This document shows, in pieces, positions 1 through 11,001 of a DNA stretch of 39,606 nt (its first letter is position 1; every line of letters starts with the position of its first letter). The stretch is from Nitrospira japonica (lineage in GTDB: Bacteria; Nitrospirota; Thermodesulfovibrionia; Thermodesulfovibrionales; SM23-35): assembly GCA_020725385.1 (NCBI GenBank), contig DYFC01000058.1:1-39606 (forward strand), in the 5' to 3' direction. The translations under genes were made by a program, and so were the position numbers. The notes under the pieces were generated by a model. It did no database searches and was not told the DNA's origin. It saw nothing but the letters and a program-made list of their open reading frames with translations.

Positions 1-114
1 CCAGGGAGCAATCCCTCTGAAGGTCTGTGGTAGACTACCACGTTGATAGGCTGGAGGTGTAAGTACAGTAATGTATTCAGCTGACCAGTACTAATAGACC
101 GTGTGACTTGACCC
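1..114 (+). rRNA. rrl: 23S rRNA, 3' end (partial, cut by window start)
   Basis: Matches the conserved 23S 3' terminus: ctgaagg...gtagactaccacgttgataggctggaggtgtaag...cagctgaccagtactaatagaccgtgtgacttgacc. Exact end is uncertain by a few nt. Confidence 0.95.
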
Positions 115-130
115 TTATTTTATTTCCCTC

Positions 131-144
131 CTGTTGTCAAAGGA
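131..144 (+). other. Probable 3' arm of the 23S pre-rRNA processing stalk
   Basis: ctgttgtcaaagga is the reverse complement of a boxA-like tcctttgacaacag. The partner arm would lie upstream of 23S, outside the window. Confidence 0.5.
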
Positions 145-147
145 ATT

Positions 148-176
148 AAGGGCCTTTGAGTAAAAAGGCCCTTTTT
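148..176 (+). terminator. Rho-independent terminator of the rRNA transcript
   Basis: 10-bp stem aagggccttt (148-157) / aaaggccctt (164-173), loop gagtaa, T-run at 172-176. Confidence 0.8.
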
Positions 177-196
177 ATATGTTTTAAGGAGTTGAA

Positions 197-1639
197 ATGA
201 GAGAGAGAGATATTTTTGAAGAAATTATAGATATCGGTAAAAGACGAGGAGTTCTTACATATGATGAAATAAATGATGCACTTCCTTCTGAATTTTTTTC
301 ACCAGATGAAATAGAAGATTTGATGGATGTGCTTCAGGATATGGGAGTTAAAGTTGTTGACCATGAAGAAATTCTGCCTCCCGAAGAAGAATTAGAAGAA
401 GAATTAGAAGAATACGAAAAAACCGAAGACCTTGTTCAGGCATATTTTTATTCAATGGGTGATATTTCGATTCTTACGAAAGATGAAGAAACAGAGCTTG
501 CAAAAAGACTTGAAGAAGGTAAATCTATTATAAGAGAATTGGTGATAGAACTTCCAATTTACAAAAAACTCGAAGCAAGTTTAGATGGTAATAACGAAGA
601 GGAAGAGGTAGAAGAATTAGAAGCTGAGGAAGAAAGAACAGACGAAGCTTTATTGAAGAGTGTTGAAATTATAGAAGCAAGAATGAGGGAAGTCGAGGCT
701 GCTGACAAAAAGATTTCAAAATATGGCTCTCTTAAAGGCCTTAAGAATCTTATAAAAGAAAAAAAGAAAAAAAATATAGATACAAAAAAATATGAGTTAT
801 TAGCAAAAGAAGTAGAAAAGGTATATAAAAAAGTAGAATCCGAAATAGGCGCAAAAGTTGACCATATTAGAGGGATGTGGTCGCGTATTCAGAAAGCAAA
901 GATATTAATATCTACAGCAAAAGATGAATTAATTACAAGAAATTTACGCCTTGTTGTTAATATAGCAAAGAATTATGTTGGAAGAGGTCTTCCGTTGCTT
1001 GATCTTATTCAAGAAGGCAATATAGGGTTAATGAAGGCTGTAGATAAATTCAAGTATGAGAAGGGTTTTAAATTTAGTACATATGCAACATGGTGGATAA
1101 GGCAGGCAATTACAAGAGCACTAATTGATCAAACAAAAACTATAAGAGTGCCTGTCCATATGATGGAATTCTACAACAGGGTTACAAAAGCATCCCGTGA
1201 GCTTACACAGCAGCTTGGCAGAGAGCCTACCAATGAAGAGATAGCTCACAAACTTTCAGTGCCTATAAGAAAAGTTGAAGAAGTTTTCAGAGCTATACAG
1301 GACCCTATTGCTCTTCAAACACCAGTTGGCGATGAAGACACCGAACTCGAGGATTTTATTGGTGATAAGAATAGCCCTTCTCCTTATTCCGATGCTGAAA
1401 AAATAGAGACATCCGAGCAGATTCAACAAGTACTTAAAACTCTTACTCCAAAAGAAGAAATGGTTATTCGTATGAGATTCGGAATAGGTGCTGATAGAGA
1501 TCATACTCTTGAAGAAGTAGGCAGACATCTATCAATAACAAGAGAAAGAGTAAGACAGATCGAAGCAAAAGCTCTCAGAAAATTAAAACACCCGAGCAGA
1601 TTAAAAGCTTTAAAGAGATTGCTTACTACTCCTGCTTAA
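197..1639 (+). CDS. rpoD: RNA polymerase sigma-70 factor, RpoD/SigA type (divergent; primary sigma or paralogue)
   Basis: Region 1.1 ([10 protein letters not shown]), region 2 ([44 protein letters not shown]), region 3 (LGREPT), region 4.2 (TLEEVG...[21 protein letters not shown]). SD aaggag upstream. Confidence 0.9.
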   Translation: MRERDIFEEIIDIGKRRGVLTYDEINDALPSEFFSPDEIEDLMDVLQDMGVKVVDHEEILPPEEELEEELEEYEKTEDLVQAYFYSMGDISILTKDEETELAKRLEEGKSIIRELVIELPIYKKLEASLDGNNEEEEVEELEAEEERTDEALLKSVEIIEARMREVEAADKKISKYGSLKGLKNLIKEKKKKNIDTKKYELLAKEVEKVYKKVESEIGAKVDHIRGMWSRIQKAKILISTAKDELITRNLRLVVNIAKNYVGRGLPLLDLIQEGNIGLMKAVDKFKYEKGFKFSTYATWWIRQAITRALIDQTKTIRVPVHMMEFYNRVTKASRELTQQLGREPTNEEIAHKLSVPIRKVEEVFRAIQDPIALQTPVGDEDTELEDFIGDKNSPSPYSDAEKIETSEQIQQVLKTLTPKEEMVIRMRFGIGADRDHTLEEVGRHLSITRERVRQIEAKALRKLKHPSRLKALKRLLTTPA

Positions 1640-2648
1640 CTTTTGTTACAGGGTCTCCTTTTGTAAGAGCATCTGTACTTTTCTTTATTATTACTGTTGA
1701 TGTTTTTTCTCGAGGGTTAATTACCTGGAGAATACCGTTGTAAATTATATGTTTGCCTTGCTCAAGTGTTGCAAGTAAATCTCCTGTCTGCAAACCATCT
1801 TTTGTGCCTTTATCAATATAAGCAATGTCATAAGGCACATTAATTAAATGTAGGTGTTTAGATGCAATAATATATCCTTTTATATCCGGGGTTCTTGGAT
1901 TTTCAGGTTCAATAGGCGGCTCTACTTCATAAAAATCATCTAAATAATAACCTGTTGAAATATCAGTATATGCTTGTGTTACTACGATTTTTGGATCATC
2001 ATTTTCTTCCTGGCCCACAACTTCAGCTGTCCCCACAACATCAATTAGATAACCAAGTTTTTTCCCTGTCTTTGGGTGTTTAACTTTTTCCATTACATGA
2101 AAAATATAGAATTTATCACCTTTTTTAACAGGTTTTTTTACTTTAATAAAAGCATAGTCATCTTTTCCGATAATAGTCCTTCCTGTCGGTGTATCTTTAA
2201 TATATCCAATATTCGGAATTGTCTCTGATATATATCCGCTTGCAAGAAAGATATGTTTGTTAACAATATAATTTTTCTTCTTCGGGGTGATTTTCACTTC
2301 CTCTTCTTTTTTTATTTCAGGTTTAGTTACTAAAGGTATAGGCTCGGGTTTTTTTGTAACAACAGGTTGAATGGATGGTTGAATTTCTTTTTGGAGCAAG
2401 TATAAAGGTATCTTGATTTTCTGACCGGGATATATTCTGTCTGGATTTTTAATTTCAGGATTCTCTTTCCATACCTTCGGCCAGAGAAAAAAATCACTTA
2501 ATTCTTTGCCTGAAATATCCCAGAGCGTGTCGCCTTTAAGAACGGTATAATCTTTATATTCCATTTCCTGAGCTGAAAGATAAGAGCACGTTAGAAATAT
2601 AAGAAAAAATATGCCAATAACCGATATTATTTGTCTCTTTTTATACAT
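1626..2648 (-). CDS. Secreted LysM peptidoglycan-binding protein (TsaP-like architecture)
   Basis: Signal peptide, Lys[14 protein letters not shown]...[26 protein letters not shown], Pro/Lys linker, beta-rich C-terminus. Confidence 0.85.
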   Translation of the reverse strand: MYKKRQIISVIGIFFLIFLTCSYLSAQEMEYKDYTVLKGDTLWDISGKELSDFFLWPKVWKENPEIKNPDRIYPGQKIKIPLYLLQKEIQPSIQPVVTKKPEPIPLVTKPEIKKEEEVKITPKKKNYIVNKHIFLASGYISETIPNIGYIKDTPTGRTIIGKDDYAFIKVKKPVKKGDKFYIFHVMEKVKHPKTGKKLGYLIDVVGTAEVVGQEENDDPKIVVTQAYTDISTGYYLDDFYEVEPPIEPENPRTPDIKGYIIASKHLHLINVPYDIAYIDKGTKDGLQTGDLLATLEQGKHIIYNGILQVINPREKTSTVIIKKSTDALTKGDPVTKVKQE

Positions 2649-2684
2649 TATTTATGCTCCTTCATAAAAGTTTTACTTTAATTA

Positions 2685-2713
2685 AAAATAACTAAGTTAA
2701 AGAAAACTGTCAA
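2685..2713 (-). promoter_or_regulatory. Putative sigma70 promoter for the LysM gene
   Basis: Minus strand TTGACA (2713-2708), 17-nt spacer, TATTTT (2690-2685). Confidence 0.55.
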
Positions 2714-2774
2714 GTAATATATTTCAAAAATAAAAAGCTTTCCCAACTTAGATGATTTCTGATAAGATTTAATA

Positions 2775-4109
2775 ATGAGAAAAAATAATAGAATAAGATT
2801 CATAATATTTTTTATTTTAATTCTTTTATTACCTCTTAACCTCTTTGCAGCAAATGTACAGGAATATATTCTTTCAAATGGTCTAAAAGTAATAATTATT
2901 GAAGAACATAAAGCTCCTGTAGCAACATTTCAAATATGGTATAAAGTTGGTGCTGTAGATGAACCTATGGGAAAATCTGGCTTAAGTCATTTGCTCGAAC
3001 ACATGATGTTTAAAGGAACAAAAAATTATGGACCTTCAGAATTATCAAGAATTATTCAGAAAAACGGTGGAACAGATAATGCACATACAACAAAAGATTA
3101 TACTGCTTATTTTGAAATCCTTCCTTCTGACAGGATAAATATAGCAATAGGGCTTGAAGCAGATAGAATGAAAAATCTTTTATTTGATCCTAAAGAAGTT
3201 GTATCTGAAAGAAATGTAGTTATGGAAGAAAGAAGACTAAGATATGAGGATGACCCGCAAAATTCACTTTTTGAAGATGTTGTTGCCACTGCATTTAAAG
3301 TTCATCCTTATCAAAAGCCGGTTATAGGCTGGATGTCCGACATAGAATCTATCAATTCTGAAGATCTTATTAATCATTATAAAACTTATTACTCTCCAGA
3401 TAACTCTGTAATCATAATTGTCGGTGACATAAACCCAAATGAAATTTTAAAACAAATAAAATCAGAGTTTGAAAATATACCGCGGACAAAAATACCTGAA
3501 AGAATTAAATCTATTGAACCCGAACAACAAGGTGAAAGGAGAATAATATTAAGAAGGGAAGCAGAAGTTCCTGCTGTTATGCTGGCTTATCATGTTCCAA
3601 ATTTCCCCCATGAAGACAGCTATGCTCTTGATGTCTTAAGTGTAATTTTATCAGGAGGAAAAAGTTCAAGACTATATCAGTCAATGATTTATGAGAAAAA
3701 GATAGCTATAGATGCAAATGCTGACTATGTAGGATTTAGTAGATTCCCGCATCTTTTTTATTTTTTTGCTGTTGCAGTTCCTAATAAAACTCCTTCTGAA
3801 ATTGAAGAGGCGTTATATGAAGAAATAGAAAAAATAAAAAAGGCCGGTCCTACAGAAAATGAGGTTCAAAAGGCTAAAAATCAAATAGAAGCTTCATTTA
3901 TTATGGAGCAGGATTCAATCTATATGCAGGCTATGAAATATGGATTGTTTGAAATTCTTGGTGATTGGAGATTGGTTGACAAATATCTTGAGGGAATACG
4001 CAGGGTATCCGCTGAAGATATTACGCGTGTTGCGAAAAAGTATTTTATTGAGGAAAATAGAACAACAGGAATCCTTATACCAGCAAAGAAAGTGGATAGT
4101 GAAAAGTGA
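2775..4109 (+). CDS. M16 family zinc peptidase, catalytic subunit
   Basis: Signal peptide, LSNGLKV, inverted zinc motif HLLEH, NAHT, ERNVVMEERR. Confidence 0.92.
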   Translation: MRKNNRIRFIIFFILILLLPLNLFAANVQEYILSNGLKVIIIEEHKAPVATFQIWYKVGAVDEPMGKSGLSHLLEHMMFKGTKNYGPSELSRIIQKNGGTDNAHTTKDYTAYFEILPSDRINIAIGLEADRMKNLLFDPKEVVSERNVVMEERRLRYEDDPQNSLFEDVVATAFKVHPYQKPVIGWMSDIESINSEDLINHYKTYYSPDNSVIIIVGDINPNEILKQIKSEFENIPRTKIPERIKSIEPEQQGERRIILRREAEVPAVMLAYHVPNFPHEDSYALDVLSVILSGGKSSRLYQSMIYEKKIAIDANADYVGFSRFPHLFYFFAVAVPNKTPSEIEEALYEEIEKIKKAGPTENEVQKAKNQIEASFIMEQDSIYMQAMKYGLFEILGDWRLVDKYLEGIRRVSAEDITRVAKKYFIEENRTTGILIPAKKVDSEK

Positions 4110-5467
4110 AATTGGGGAAAATAATAAATTATTTCAAAAAAAATAGCATTTTTATTTCATTAATATTTTTAACTGTTCATTTACTATTACTTTCTGATTC
4201 GTTTGCCGTTAATGTAAACAGAACAGTCCTTCTAAATGGTCTGACAGTTTTACATTCAGAAAACCATAATCTTCCAATTGTAATGATTACAATGATAGTA
4301 AAATCAGGACAAACTCATGAACCATCTGATAAGGCAGGACTTGCAAATTTGACAGCCGAACTTCTTGATGAAGGTACAAAAACAAGAACATCGAAAGAGA
4401 TAAGCGAAGCAATTGATTTTATAGGAGCTTCCTTAAATGCCACAGCAGGCAATGATTACATTACCTTAAGCCTTTCAGTATTAAAGAAGGACCTGGATAA
4501 AGGTTTTGAAATTTTTACAGATATTGTTTTAAATCCAACCTTTCCACAGCATGAAATTGATAGGAAAAAACAGCTTATAAAAGGTTCTCTAAAACAACGG
4601 GAAGAAGACCCTTCTTTTCTTGCTGAAAAAGCTTTCATAAAAGAAGTGTTTGGTGAGCATCCATATTCGAGACTTGTCGAAGGATCCGAAGAGACAATTG
4701 ATAAAATAAGTAGAGATGATATTTTAAGATTTCATTCAGAAAACTTTATTCCGAACAATTCTATATTGTCAATAGCAGGTGACATCACTCAGGAAGAATT
4801 AATAATTCTTCTGGAAAAATATATAGGAGAATGGAAAAAAATAGAATTGCCCGAGAGAAAGCACTTAAAATTAGAAATAAACAAAAATAAGAAAATCGTA
4901 AAAATTGATAAAGATATTAAACAAGCAAATATAATTCTCGGGAACATTGGTATCAGCAGAGATAATCCTGACTACTATGCGGTATCTGTAATGAATTATA
5001 TTCTCGGCGGAGGAGGATTTGCCTCAAGACTCATGAATTCAATAAGAGATGAAAAAGGACTTGCTTATGATGTGCGTAGTTATTTTGCTGCCTATAAGGA
5101 AGCAGGATATTTTCAATCAGAATTGCAAACCAAGAATGAGACAGCTAACGTTGCGATAGATGAAATTATCAGGCAAATTACAAAGATGAGGACAGAAAAA
5201 GTAAGTGAAAAAGAACTCTCGGAAGCAAAATCATGCCTAACAGGAAGTTTTCCAAGAAGACTTGACACAACGAGGAAAATATCCGATTTTCTTGCAACAG
5301 TTGAATTTTTTAACTTAGGACTTGATTATGATAAAAAATATATAGATTATATAAACTCTGTTACAGAAGAAAATGTTTTAAGAGTTGCACAAAAATATCT
5401 CACCCCTGAAAATTACATTCTTATCATAGTTGGAAATCAAAAAAAGGTAAATTTTAACCAGCAATAA
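4106..5467 (+). CDS. M16 family peptidase, non-catalytic partner subunit
   Basis: M16 fold without HXXEH (GLANLTAELLDEGT); SRLMNSIRDEKGLAY R/Y motif; GTGA overlap with the upstream gene. Confidence 0.9.
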   Translation: MKLGKIINYFKKNSIFISLIFLTVHLLLLSDSFAVNVNRTVLLNGLTVLHSENHNLPIVMITMIVKSGQTHEPSDKAGLANLTAELLDEGTKTRTSKEISEAIDFIGASLNATAGNDYITLSLSVLKKDLDKGFEIFTDIVLNPTFPQHEIDRKKQLIKGSLKQREEDPSFLAEKAFIKEVFGEHPYSRLVEGSEETIDKISRDDILRFHSENFIPNNSILSIAGDITQEELIILLEKYIGEWKKIELPERKHLKLEINKNKKIVKIDKDIKQANIILGNIGISRDNPDYYAVSVMNYILGGGGFASRLMNSIRDEKGLAYDVRSYFAAYKEAGYFQSELQTKNETANVAIDEIIRQITKMRTEKVSEKELSEAKSCLTGSFPRRLDTTRKISDFLATVEFFNLGLDYDKKYIDYINSVTEENVLRVAQKYLTPENYILIIVGNQKKVNFNQQ

Positions 5468-5532
5468 AAACCACTTTAATATCAATAATCTTTTTATAAA
5501 ATTCCTTAAAATTTTCAGGCTCAATCAAAATA

Positions 5533-5562
5533 TTGAAAAAATAATTAAAAAATGATTATTAT
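5533..5562 (+). promoter_or_regulatory. Putative sigma70 promoter of the pheA-ihfB operon
   Basis: TTGAAA (5533-5538), 18-nt spacer, TATTAT (5557-5562). AT-rich context makes this weak. Confidence 0.4.
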
Positions 5563-5628
5563 TAATGTCCATACATAGAAGGGGTTAAGCAAGTTCCAAC
5601 AGAATTTGCCAAGACTGGGTTTAAACTT

Positions 5629-6702
5629 ATGAACGAAATTGAAAGACTGCGAAAAAAGATTGACGAGATTGATGATAAAATATTAAAGCTTCTTAATGAA
5701 AGAGCTGATATAGTCCTTGAAATAGGCCGGGTTAAATCCAACAAAAAAACAAAGTTTTACTCTCCAGAACGTGAACGCCAGATTCTTGAGCGACTAACAG
5801 CAATTAACAAAGGACCTTTTCCTAATGAACCTCTTAAAGTAATTTATCGTGAAATTCTTTCTGCTTCTCTTTCACTTGAAGAGCCTTTGAAAGTTGCATG
5901 TCTTGGACCTCTGGCAACATTTACCCATGTGGCAGCAATTAGACATTTCGGTTCATCCGCTGTATTTGTGCCAGTTACAACCATTAAAGATGTATTTGAT
6001 ACGGTTTTATCTAAAAAAGCCGATTTTGGAGTTGTTCCTATTGAAAATTCAAATGAAGGTGTAATAAGTTATACTCTCGATCTTTTTACTGATTATGATT
6101 TGAAAGTCTCTGCAGAAATAATGCTCAGGATAGTGCATAATCTTCTCTCAAAAAGCGGTAAAAAAGAGCGAATTAAAAAAATTTATTCATTCACTCCTGC
6201 AACATCTCAATGCAGAAGATGGCTTGCCAATAATATGCCCGGAATTCCGATAATTGAGGCTACAAGCACTGCAAATGCAGCAGAACTTGCAGCAAGGGAT
6301 AATGAGGCTGCAGCGATAGCAAGTGAACTTGCTGCTGAGATTTATAATTTACAATTTGTTGAAAGAAGTATCGAGGACAACAAGGATAACCATACACGTT
6401 TTTTAGTAATTTCTGAGGAATATCCTAAAAAATCGGGCAGGGACAAAACATCAATAATGTTTTCTGTAAAAAACAAACCGGGCGCTCTTTATAACATTCT
6501 TGAACCTTTAAAGAAAGCCAATATAAACCTTACAAAGATTGAATCAAGGCCATCCAAGAGAAAAGCATGGGAATATATATTTTTTGCTGATATGGAAGGC
6601 CATATTGAAGATAAAAGACTCAGTAAAGCGATAGAAGCAGTGAAAGAAAATTGTCTTTATTTAAAAATACTTGGATCATATCCACACGGAGGATTGTCAT
6701 GA
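5629..6702 (+). CDS. pheA: Chorismate mutase / prephenate dehydratase (P-protein)
   Basis: AroQ domain LRKKIDEIDDKILKLLNER, PDT motifs VPIENS and NHTRF, ACT domain NLTKIESRP. Confidence 0.96.
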   Translation: MNEIERLRKKIDEIDDKILKLLNERADIVLEIGRVKSNKKTKFYSPERERQILERLTAINKGPFPNEPLKVIYREILSASLSLEEPLKVACLGPLATFTHVAAIRHFGSSAVFVPVTTIKDVFDTVLSKKADFGVVPIENSNEGVISYTLDLFTDYDLKVSAEIMLRIVHNLLSKSGKKERIKKIYSFTPATSQCRRWLANNMPGIPIIEATSTANAAELAARDNEAAAIASELAAEIYNLQFVERSIEDNKDNHTRFLVISEEYPKKSGRDKTSIMFSVKNKPGALYNILEPLKKANINLTKIESRPSKRKAWEYIFFADMEGHIEDKRLSKAIEAVKENCLYLKILGSYPHGGLS

Positions 6703-7796
6703 TTAAACCGCCTTCATATGTATCTGAAATCAAACCATATGTGCCTGGAAAACCTATAGAAGAACTCGAACGGGAACTTGGTATTACAAATTCTGTAAAA
6801 CTTGCTTCAAATGAAAATCCTATAGGGCCATCAGTAAAAGCAATGAAGGCATTACTTGAAGGAATTATGACACCGGATACATCATCAGGAATTAATCGCT
6901 ATCCGGATGGAAATGGTTATTATTTAAAGAAGGCTATTTCAGAAAAACTTTCAGTCCGTGAAGATGAAATAATTCTTGGCAATGGCTCTAACGAATTAAT
7001 TGATATAGCAGTAAGAACTTTTATTCAACCAGGGGATGAAGTTGTTATGGGTAATCCCTCTTTTGTTGTGTATTTTTCATCTGTTCATGCTCAGGGCGCA
7101 AAGGCAGTACAGATTCCTTTGAAAAACTATACACATGATCTTGATGCAATGGCAGATGCAATCACACCAAGAACAAAAATGATATTTATTGCAAACCCTA
7201 ATAACCCAACTGGAACTATCAATAAAAAAGATGAGTTGCATAGGTTAATGGAGAGTATTTCTGATGATATACTTATCGTAGCTGATGAGGCATACATAGA
7301 ATATGTTACAGACCCTGAATATGCAGAAAGCATGAAATATTTTAAAGATGGAAGGAATGTTCTTATTCTGAGAACTTTCTCTAAAATATATGGTCTTGCA
7401 GGTTTAAGAATTGGATACGGTATTGCTCCCGAATATATAGTTATTGAAATGAATAAATTAAGACCTCCTTTTAATACAAGCACTTTAGCCCAGAAAGCAG
7501 CTCTCGCAGCAATTCAGGATGATGAACATGTACATGCTTCACGTGCTGTAAATGAAAACGGGAAACAGTATTTATACGAAGAGCTTGATAAAATGGGTTT
7601 AAAATATATCCCTTCACAGGCTAATTTTATTTACATAATTCTCGAGCAAAATTCATCAGAAATTTATGAAAATCTGTTAAGCGAAGGAGTAATTATAAGA
7701 CCTGTTGGACAGAAAGAGATAAGGGTTACGATCGGATTGCCAGAGCAGAATAGACGTTTTATTGAATCATTGAGTAAGTTCATAATTAATAAATAA
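6699..7796 (+). CDS. hisC: Histidinol-phosphate aminotransferase
   Basis: KLASNENP, GNGSNELI, NPNNPTG, DEAY, RTFSKIYGLAGLRIGY. Start moved to ATG 6699 (ATGA overlap with pheA, SD ggagga). Confidence 0.95.
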   Translation: MIKPPSYVSEIKPYVPGKPIEELERELGITNSVKLASNENPIGPSVKAMKALLEGIMTPDTSSGINRYPDGNGYYLKKAISEKLSVREDEIILGNGSNELIDIAVRTFIQPGDEVVMGNPSFVVYFSSVHAQGAKAVQIPLKNYTHDLDAMADAITPRTKMIFIANPNNPTGTINKKDELHRLMESISDDILIVADEAYIEYVTDPEYAESMKYFKDGRNVLILRTFSKIYGLAGLRIGYGIAPEYIVIEMNKLRPPFNTSTLAQKAALAAIQDDEHVHASRAVNENGKQYLYEELDKMGLKYIPSQANFIYIILEQNSSEIYENLLSEGVIIRPVGQKEIRVTIGLPEQNRRFIESLSKFIINK

Positions 7797-7820
7797 TATT
7801 TTAATCGTAAGGAGTAAAAA

Positions 7821-8846
7821 ATGGATATTATTGTTTTAAAACCAGGCACAACAGAAGAACAATTGCGTCATATTATAAAAAAGCTTGAAAGTAAGGGATT
7901 GCAAGCAAATGTCTCAAAGGGGACTGAAAGAACAATTATAGGTGTTATTGGAGATACCTCAAAGATAACTGAAGAGGAAGAAAGTGTTATAAGCATTATG
8001 CCGGGGGTTGAGGATGTGATGAGAATCCTCAAGCCTTATAAACTCGCCAGCCGTGAGTTCAGACCCGATGGAACTACTATAAATATTAAAGGAAATGTTA
8101 TAGGCGGTAAAAAAATTCATGTCATTGCAGGACCATGTGCTGTTGAAAATAGAACGATCTTAATGAATATAGCAAAAAAAGTTAAAGAAGCAGGAGCAAC
8201 TTTTGTAAGAGGCGGTGCTTTTAAGCCAAGAACTTCTCCGTATTCCTTTCAAGGACTCGGTGAGGAAGGATTAAAATATCTTGCAGAAGCACGAGAAAAA
8301 ACAGGGTTGCCTGTTGTTACAGAACTCATGGACCCGAGAGATATGGAAGTTATACAGAAATATGCTGATATTATCCAGATTGGCGCAAGGAATATGCAGA
8401 ATTTTAGACTCTTACTCGAAGTCGGTAATTCATCAAAGCCGGTTTTATTAAAAAGAGGCTTATCCGCGACAATAAAAGAATGGCTAATGGCTGCTGAATA
8501 TATTATGTCAAGAGGAAACCATCACGTCATATTATGCGAAAGAGGTATTCGCACATTTGAAACTGCGACAAGGAATACCCTTGATTTAAGTGCTGTGCCT
8601 GTTCTGAAAAAACTTACACATTTGCCAGTTTTTGTTGATCCGAGTCACGGTGTTGGCAAGTGGGATCTTGTAGCGCCTATGGCAAAAGCTGCGGTTGCAG
8701 CAGGAGCAGATGGACTTATAATTGAAGTTCATACAAATCCAGAAGAAGCTCTATCAGACGGTGAACAATCCCTTAAACCTAATGATTTTAAAAAGTTAAT
8801 GAAGGACCTAAAACCTATAGCCTCTGCGATTGGAAGAAGCATATAA
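7821..8846 (+). CDS. aroF: DAHP synthase type I-beta with N-terminal regulatory domain
   Basis: [54 protein letters not shown]. Confidence 0.95.
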   Translation: MDIIVLKPGTTEEQLRHIIKKLESKGLQANVSKGTERTIIGVIGDTSKITEEEESVISIMPGVEDVMRILKPYKLASREFRPDGTTINIKGNVIGGKKIHVIAGPCAVENRTILMNIAKKVKEAGATFVRGGAFKPRTSPYSFQGLGEEGLKYLAEAREKTGLPVVTELMDPRDMEVIQKYADIIQIGARNMQNFRLLLEVGNSSKPVLLKRGLSATIKEWLMAAEYIMSRGNHHVILCERGIRTFETATRNTLDLSAVPVLKKLTHLPVFVDPSHGVGKWDLVAPMAKAAVAAGADGLIIEVHTNPEEALSDGEQSLKPNDFKKLMKDLKPIASAIGRSI

Positions 8847-8852
8847 TATCAA

Positions 8853-9719
8853 ATGGAAAATGCTAATAGTTTCAAATTTCAAAAAATAACAATAATTGGT
8901 GTTGGTCTAATAGGAGGTTCTTTTGCTCTTGCTCTTAAAAAGAAAAAACTATGTGGACATATAGTTGGATTCGGAAGAAGTGAAAAAAATTTAAAAAGAG
9001 CAAAAAATAAAAAAATTATTGATTCATACGAACTTGACCCTGTCACTGCATGTAAGGACTCTGACTTAATATTGTTTTCAACACCGGTAGGCTTTTTTCT
9101 TGAGATTGCAAAGAAAATAAAAAATTCCCTTAAACCTGGAGCTATAGTTACAGATGTCGGAAGTGTTAAGGGAAAACTTGTATATGATATAGAAAAAATA
9201 CTACCCGATAAAATTTATTTTGTTGGTGGTCATCCAATTGCAGGCAGTGACCAATCAGGCATTGATGCTGCTTCAGCAGAAATTTTTAAGAATGCAAAGT
9301 GTATTATTACTCCTACAGGTAAGACAAATAAGAATGCGATGAAATCTATAATTTCAATCTGGAAAACATTAGGCTCTATTGTAACAATAATTGACCCTTA
9401 CGAGCATGACAGAATATACGGAGCGATAAGCCATCTCCCTCATGTGATAGCATATAATCTTGTTAATACAGTTGCTGAAATAGACAGTTCATATCTTTTA
9501 TTTTCAGGACAAGGCTTCAAGGATACAACAAGAATAGCTTCAAGCCATCATGAACTATGGAGAGACATATGTATTCTTAACAGAAAAAATCTCCTTAAAT
9601 ATATAGAAGTTTTCATTAAAAATCTTGACGAGTTCAAGAAACATCTCAAGGCATCGGATGCAAAGGCTATTGAGAGAGATTTTATTAATGCCAGAAATTT
9701 AAGAGAAGGTCTTGGATAG
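8853..9719 (+). CDS. tyrA: Prephenate/arogenate dehydrogenase
   Basis: GVGLIGGS Rossmann motif, TDVGSVK, GGHPIAG, HD...ISHLPH, GFKDTTRIASS. Confidence 0.95.
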   Translation: MENANSFKFQKITIIGVGLIGGSFALALKKKKLCGHIVGFGRSEKNLKRAKNKKIIDSYELDPVTACKDSDLILFSTPVGFFLEIAKKIKNSLKPGAIVTDVGSVKGKLVYDIEKILPDKIYFVGGHPIAGSDQSGIDAASAEIFKNAKCIITPTGKTNKNAMKSIISIWKTLGSIVTIIDPYEHDRIYGAISHLPHVIAYNLVNTVAEIDSSYLLFSGQGFKDTTRIASSHHELWRDICILNRKNLLKYIEVFIKNLDEFKKHLKASDAKAIERDFINARNLREGLG

Positions 9720-11001
9720 AATAGAAATTTATTCAGCAAAACATTTTAGGGGTGAAGTTATACCAGCGCCTGATAAATCTATTTCCCATAGGGCTGTAAT
9801 TTTTTCTTCACTCGCAAATGGCAGAAGCGTAATAAAAAATTTTCTGAAAGCAGAAGATCCTTTTAGTACTATTAATGCCTTCAGAGCATTAGGGATCCAA
9901 ATTGAAGAGAAGAATGGAGAAATAATCATAGACGGGAGGGGTCTAAATGGTTTGAAAGAACCTGAAGATGTGATAAATTGTGGCAATTCAGGTACAACTA
10001 TAAGACTCATATCAGGTATTCTTGCAGGAAATCCATTTTTCTCGGTGTTGACGGGTGATTCATCTCTTCGAACAAGACCCATGGGAAGGATTATAACACC
10101 ATTAAGCCAGATGGGAGCAGAAATAAGGGCACGGAGTGATAACAAATATCCGCCACTTGCAATAAAAGGAGGGCATTTAAAAGCAATAAGATACGAAATG
10201 CCTGTAGCAAGTGCACAGGTAAAATCTTCTATTTTATTAGCAGGACTTTATGCAGATGGCATAACAGAAGTCATCGAACCTGTTAAATCAAGAGATCACA
10301 CCGAAAGAATGCTACCTTCCTTCGGGGCTGAGATAGATATAAAAAATAATGTTATAAGTATAAAAAGCAGTCCCGAATTAAAAGGAAATATTGTAGAAGT
10401 TCCGGGAGATTTCTCTTCTGCAGCTTTTTTTCTTGTTGGAGCTTTATTAATTGAGAATTCTGATTTAACTATAAAGAATGTTGGCATAAATCCAACACGT
10501 ACAGGACTTTTACATATCCTTCAAGAAATGGGTGCGGACATTAAGATTGAAAATATAAGGTTTGTTTCCGGAGAACCGGTTGCAGATTTGTATTGTACTG
10601 GGAGAAAGAAAATTAAGGCATTAAACATAACAAAAGAGCAGATTCCTTCTATGATAGATGAGTTCCCGATATTTTGTATTGCTGCAACTCAGGCTGAAGG
10701 GGTTACTACTATAAGAGGTGCTGAAGAATTAAGAGTAAAGGAATCAGATAGAATAAAAAGTATGGCATCTGAATTGAGAAAAATGGGAGTAGAAATAGAG
10801 GAATATCCTGATGGATTAAGCATTAAAGGTAGCTCTTCTCTCAAGGGTGCTGTTATAGAGAGTTATAATGATCATAGAATTGCCATGGCTATGTCTATAG
10901 CAGGACTTATTGCAGAAGGAGTTACTACTGTAAATGGTATTTCATCAGTTAATATTTCTTTCCCAGGATTTTTTGATATTATAAGGAGACTTACTCACTG
11001 A
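9712..11001 (+). CDS. aroA: EPSP synthase
   Basis: DKSISHRA, CGNSGTTIRL, ASAQVKS, RDHTERML, ELRVKESDRI, DHRIAM; TTG start. Confidence 0.97.
   Translation: MDRIEIYSAKHFRGEVIPAPDKSISHRAVIFSSLANGRSVIKNFLKAEDPFSTINAFRALGIQIEEKNGEIIIDGRGLNGLKEPEDVINCGNSGTTIRLISGILAGNPFFSVLTGDSSLRTRPMGRIITPLSQMGAEIRARSDNKYPPLAIKGGHLKAIRYEMPVASAQVKSSILLAGLYADGITEVIEPVKSRDHTERMLPSFGAEIDIKNNVISIKSSPELKGNIVEVPGDFSSAAFFLVGALLIENSDLTIKNVGINPTRTGLLHILQEMGADIKIENIRFVSGEPVADLYCTGRKKIKALNITKEQIPSMIDEFPIFCIAATQAEGVTTIRGAEELRVKESDRIKSMASELRKMGVEIEEYPDGLSIKGSSSLKGAVIESYNDHRIAMAMSIAGLIAEGVTTVNGISSVNISFPGFFDIIRRLTH

Noticed and set aside
383-412. gaagaattagaa tandem repeat in rpoD
   Set aside because: Encodes the ordinary acidic linker ([10 protein letters not shown]); in frame and not a phase-variation tract.
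2775-5467. Second M16 gene lacking HXXEH as a pseudogene
   Set aside because: Active plus inactive subunit pairs are the normal M16B heterodimer.
5565-5628. Short uORF (MSIHRRG) before pheA as an attenuator leader
   Set aside because: No Phe/Tyr/Trp codons and no terminator/antiterminator hairpins.
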